From Elsinoe ampelina (Eukaryota): a stretch of DNA of 64,000 nucleotides. Each line of letters opens with the position of its first letter. The stretch's first letter is position 1. The translations under genes and the position numbers were made by a program. The notes under the pieces were generated by a model. It was not told the origin of the DNA. It ran no database searches and was given only the letters and a program-made list of their open reading frames with translations. This document shows, one piece after another, positions 60,442 through 64,000 of this stretch. Location: the NCBI GenBank assembly GCA_010093995.1, contig ML992511.1, positions 1,020,172-1,084,171 on the forward strand. Reading direction: 5' to 3'.

Positions 60442-61167
60442 CTAAGGCCCCTTTGCAATAGCCACCATCGTCGCCGCCTTTGCCGACTGTAAATCCTTCA
60501 AAGCTGCCACCACCGCCGCAATCGTCGCGTCCAGATTCTTCGTCCCATCCTTTTTCGACTGCGCGATCATATCGTCCAGCTGCTTCTGCAGCGCCGCCGA
60601 CGCCGCCGCATCGGCCTCGGCTTTCTTCTGGTCCGCTTGGGACTGGACGCCCGACCCGACAGGCGTGGCGCCGCTGCCGATGGTCTTTGCTGTGCTGGAG
60701 CCGGAGTTGGGGGTGATGGATGAGCCCGAGGTCTTGGCTGTGCTGCCGACGCTGGAGGCCGAGGACGACGAGGAAATGGAGGAGCCGCCGCCAATGGCTT
60801 TGGCGCCCGCGGAGGAGATGGAGCTGATGATGGAGGCGATCCCCGAATTGGCGCCGGCTTTGATGATGTTAGCGGAGTTCTGGAGGGCCGTGGTGGCGGC
60901 GGTGCGATCAGAGACGCGTTGGGCCTGGGCGGCGTCGCGTTGGGCGGTGGCTTGAGCGATCATGAGTTTGACGAGGGCGGAGTTGGAGTTGCCGGAGTTG
61001 AGGCTGGCGGCGACGAGGGCAGCTCGCTGGGCGGGCGTCAGGTTGGGGAAAAGCTCGGCTATCTGGGCGGTGGTGATTACGGTGAGTGCTGTGCTTGCTT
61101 GTGGGGCGGGGAGGGGTGCGGCGAGAGCGAGGAGGGGAAGGAATGGGAGGAGGATGGAGGGACGCAT
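60442..61167 (-). CDS. Secreted Ala/Ser-rich, Cys-free protein (241 aa)
   Basis: Signal peptide MRPSILLPFLPLLALA, uninterrupted ORF. Confidence 0.75.
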   Translation of the reverse strand: MRPSILLPFLPLLALAAPLPAPQASTALTVITTAQIAELFPNLTPAQRAALVAASLNSGNSNSALVKLMIAQATAQRDAAQAQRVSDRTAATTALQNSANIIKAGANSGIASIISSISSAGAKAIGGGSSISSSSSASSVGSTAKTSGSSITPNSGSSTAKTIGSGATPVGSGVQSQADQKKAEADAAASAALQKQLDDMIAQSKKDGTKNLDATIAAVVAALKDLQSAKAATMVAIAKGP

Positions 61168-64000
61168 GGTGGTTGTGGTTGAGAAGTTGTCGGCTGGGGT
61201 GTGATGGGCGAGTGTGGATGATGCGATGGGTAAGTATGGGTGTGGGGATGGGTAGATGGAGTTCTGTGCTTGGATCGGGTCTGATATAGGAAATTAGGAA
61301 AGACTTTACTGGCAGAGCAGGTTCATTTTGTACAAGAAGAAGTGTTGGAGGCAGGTTTCGATATTGTAAGCGAAATGCCTGTCTCGTCTGGGAACTGGTT
61401 CAACGGTCACGACGTTAGCAGCTTCAGATTCCCAATGCCAGACCTCGATGAAGATAACATTAAGCGAGACGCTGAGTGAAGAACCACATGGGGCTCTTCG
61501 AAAAGCACCGGGACTGTCTCTCATGTATGATCATGAGATGCTTACCAGGTGGCAGCTAACGACAAGCGCCACCTATGATGGCGCTCCGCAGGAGGCTTTT
61601 GGTAGCACAAATGTCTCTCTTCCCACAACAAAGAAAGTCGAAGCGAGCGTGGTAGCAAAACCATCGAAAGACTGACGGGAGGCGTGAAAACTAATGGATT
61701 GATGAAAAGTTGATGCGGTGGAAGAAGGAGAGACAGTGTCTTTGAGCCGCCAAGGCAGAGGGGCTTTTTGTTGCGAGAACAGCCCCCTGCAACGGTCCCG
61801 TTCGATTTCTCCAACCTCTAGGGCTGAGACAGAACCGTCGTGACCGACCTTGAGGCGGTTGTAGTCTTGGACCATCGTGAGATGTGGTTGTTTGTGGAAA
61901 GCACTTAGTTCGCGTGGAGCAGATGTGGCAAGAGGTACCCTCCGATACCGGCGCTCTCTCAACCTCTAGTGGTCTTTCAGAGCTGTTGTGATCGCCATCA
62001 TAACAAAGTGATTCTATCATTGTGCGAGACTAACCTTTGCTTTTGAGACGATTGCTCGCTCTCGAGAGTCCCTAGCTCGCAGAAGAGCCAGCCTGACCGT
62101 TCCAGGAGCATAAGGTCGATGGCAAAGGGCCGAATACTTCCAGGCCCCCTCAAACGGTCCTTGCGCAAGTCTTCGCAATTTCGTTGTCTGTTTGTAATCA
62201 TTTGAAGGAGTGTCTTGTTGGTCGGTACGATGAGAGAGACCGTCGGTCGCAGGGAGCATCTGAATGGTGGACAGTAAACCTACAGCGACGCTGCTGGCAT
62301 CGACGCCGCCGACATGCAAGTCGACGAGAAGCTGCTATGGCCAATCAGTGCCTTCAGTAAGAGACTGTCAAGTCAGACTGCCAAAGAGATTTATTCATTG
62401 TGCCGAGGTCCCCTGGGTGTACGAACCGGACGAAGAAAATGACACGAAAGACCGATGGACAAAGGTGAGTTCTCTCAATTCACCAGCTGGTTAGAGCTGC
62501 CGTGCCGAGCGCTGATATCTTTTATGCACGTGGAGTCACGCAAAGGATGAAGCGACCCGTGTGCTGAAGTGTCCGAGGATGACAACCAATCTTACAAGAT
62601 GCCGACTCGAAGAGATTGACAAATTCTGTCACAAAGACGATACCGCTGACAATGGTCGTACTAAAGCCAAAGCTCGAGAACTACACCGGCCGTCAATTTC
62701 CACACAAAATATCTATCGGTCGAAGAGATCGTCCAGCCAGAGGGCATCCCTTACAAGATCACGAGCGACGTCATGAAATGCGTGCGCTCTTCAAGTAAAC
62801 GGGAAGGTATATATTCCTTCTTTACCTCTCCCTCTCCAAAGATGAAGCCATGAGATGATCACCTCTGTAGCTCAAGTGTTCCTTTCTCCCACACCGTGGT
62901 CCCACGCACGTTCTAGCGCTAGTTGCTGCGCCAAAGCTCAGCGTCGTCACAACGTCCGTTGTTCGGTTCGAGCATATGTCCTTCATCTTTTCGCACATTT
63001 TTTCCACATTGTGTCGAGGTCAGGCTTTGGCGGCATGCGACGGCATATGACTGGGGTGTTTTTGAGGGTCATAATTACAGGTAGGAGAAGTGGCGAATCA
63101 GGGTCAGCTCGACATTGAGAGGAATTCTCGCTCAATGACATTCAGCCAAACGTGAACGGCTTTTCCTCCCCATTACCACTTGCGGGGATGATTGTTCCGT
63201 GTCTTGAACTCGGCGGTCCCCGCAAAGGTGGTCTCTGGATTTGATCTTGATGACGAAGGAGCTCGTTTAGAAAAATGATCCTTGGCTGGGCAACGATTGT
63301 CTCAATCTCGCCACACATTTTACTGGCTAGTAGAACACCAGATCCAGATAGGTACTCTCGCTATCTAGCATGAAACGCTACCACAAAAAAGACGACTGAA
63401 TTTTGCAAAAGATTACCAATCACCCCACCGATCATGCTATTGTCGCCACGAGTCGACATACGGCGCAGTCCACAGTATGGTCAGAGACCACGACTCGGAT
63501 TACCATTGGCAGGGGATGGAGGAGACAGAGGTCAGGACGAGGGAGCCTTTGGTCTGACATACTTCTAGAGTGGCACGCAGGCTGCGCACGGATGATAAGT
63601 CGATTATGGCCCCGCAAAGGCTGAAATTGGGGTTGATGCCGGTGAAGCTCTTCTCAGGGGATCAAGAAGTGGATGTAGAGATGGTCAGCATGTGGGAATC
63701 GAGACGTGTGAATTTGAGTGCGCAATCGAGCTGAAGCAGTCATGGAGGAAGGCCAACAAATGTGCATTCTCGAGCCTTGCTGACGGTCCTCCTGCCGCCT
63801 GGACTATCTACGATTCCATCATCTTCCACTCGACTTCATCTTCGGCACTTGCTAGGTAGACGAGCTGTGACCTAAACCATGATGCCAAAGTGCGGGTTCC
63901 TCTTGACAAATTTAGGCATGGCCTTGATCGCGGGAGGCGCGGCTGGTGACTCCTGGATCAAGTTGGCGGCTTCAGTCAAGGCTGTGATGAGGCCCAAAAT

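Noticed and set aside
61550..64000. Coding-like fragments (e.g. VPWVYEPDEE, TRCRLEEIDKFC, and a minus-strand stub at the window edge)
   Set aside because: Fragments could not be joined into a gene or assigned to a family; possibly a decayed gene or one extending beyond the window.

Overview
Gene-dense eukaryotic DNA from a filamentous ascomycete (Pezizomycotina), judged by short GT-AG introns with CTRAY branch sites, a Zn2Cys6 factor and RIP. It holds about 19 protein-coding loci, interrupted by three AT-rich, TpA-saturated (RIP-mutated) transposon relics. Genes: a secreted Kex2-type small protein, a Zn2Cys6 transcription factor, a La/LARP1-type protein, a carboxylesterase, Clr4/DIM-5 H3K9 methyltransferase, Rrp1/Nop52, GH17 Bgl2, GPN1/Npa3, Cwf19, eIF3h, a peroxisomal acyl-CoA dehydrogenase, a fused alpha+beta succinyl-CoA-ligase-like gene, SUMO, a nucleoside hydrolase, a frameshifted P450, Pmc1 Ca-ATPase and several hypotheticals. 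Reversing RIP changes by eye (TpA back to CpA/TpG) makes the relics readable. (i) The 3' end of an LTR retrotransposon carries an antisense Cys-rich ORF. (ii) A 3.36-kb TA-flanked Tc1/IS630 DD34E element carries a convergent C3H-finger-like accessory gene. (iii) A 5.55-kb element has a retroviral-integrase-like (IS3EU-like) DDE transposase, a second ORF and a Zn2Cys6+coiled-coil cargo gene. Other highlights: the alpha-beta ligase fusion has an internal mitochondrial-presequence-like linker, an LTR sits 37 bp from a secreted-protein ATG, and a strand-symmetric C-rich to G-rich switch recurs independently of gene orientation. All de-RIP reconstructions and splice models are manual inferences and were not checked against any database.
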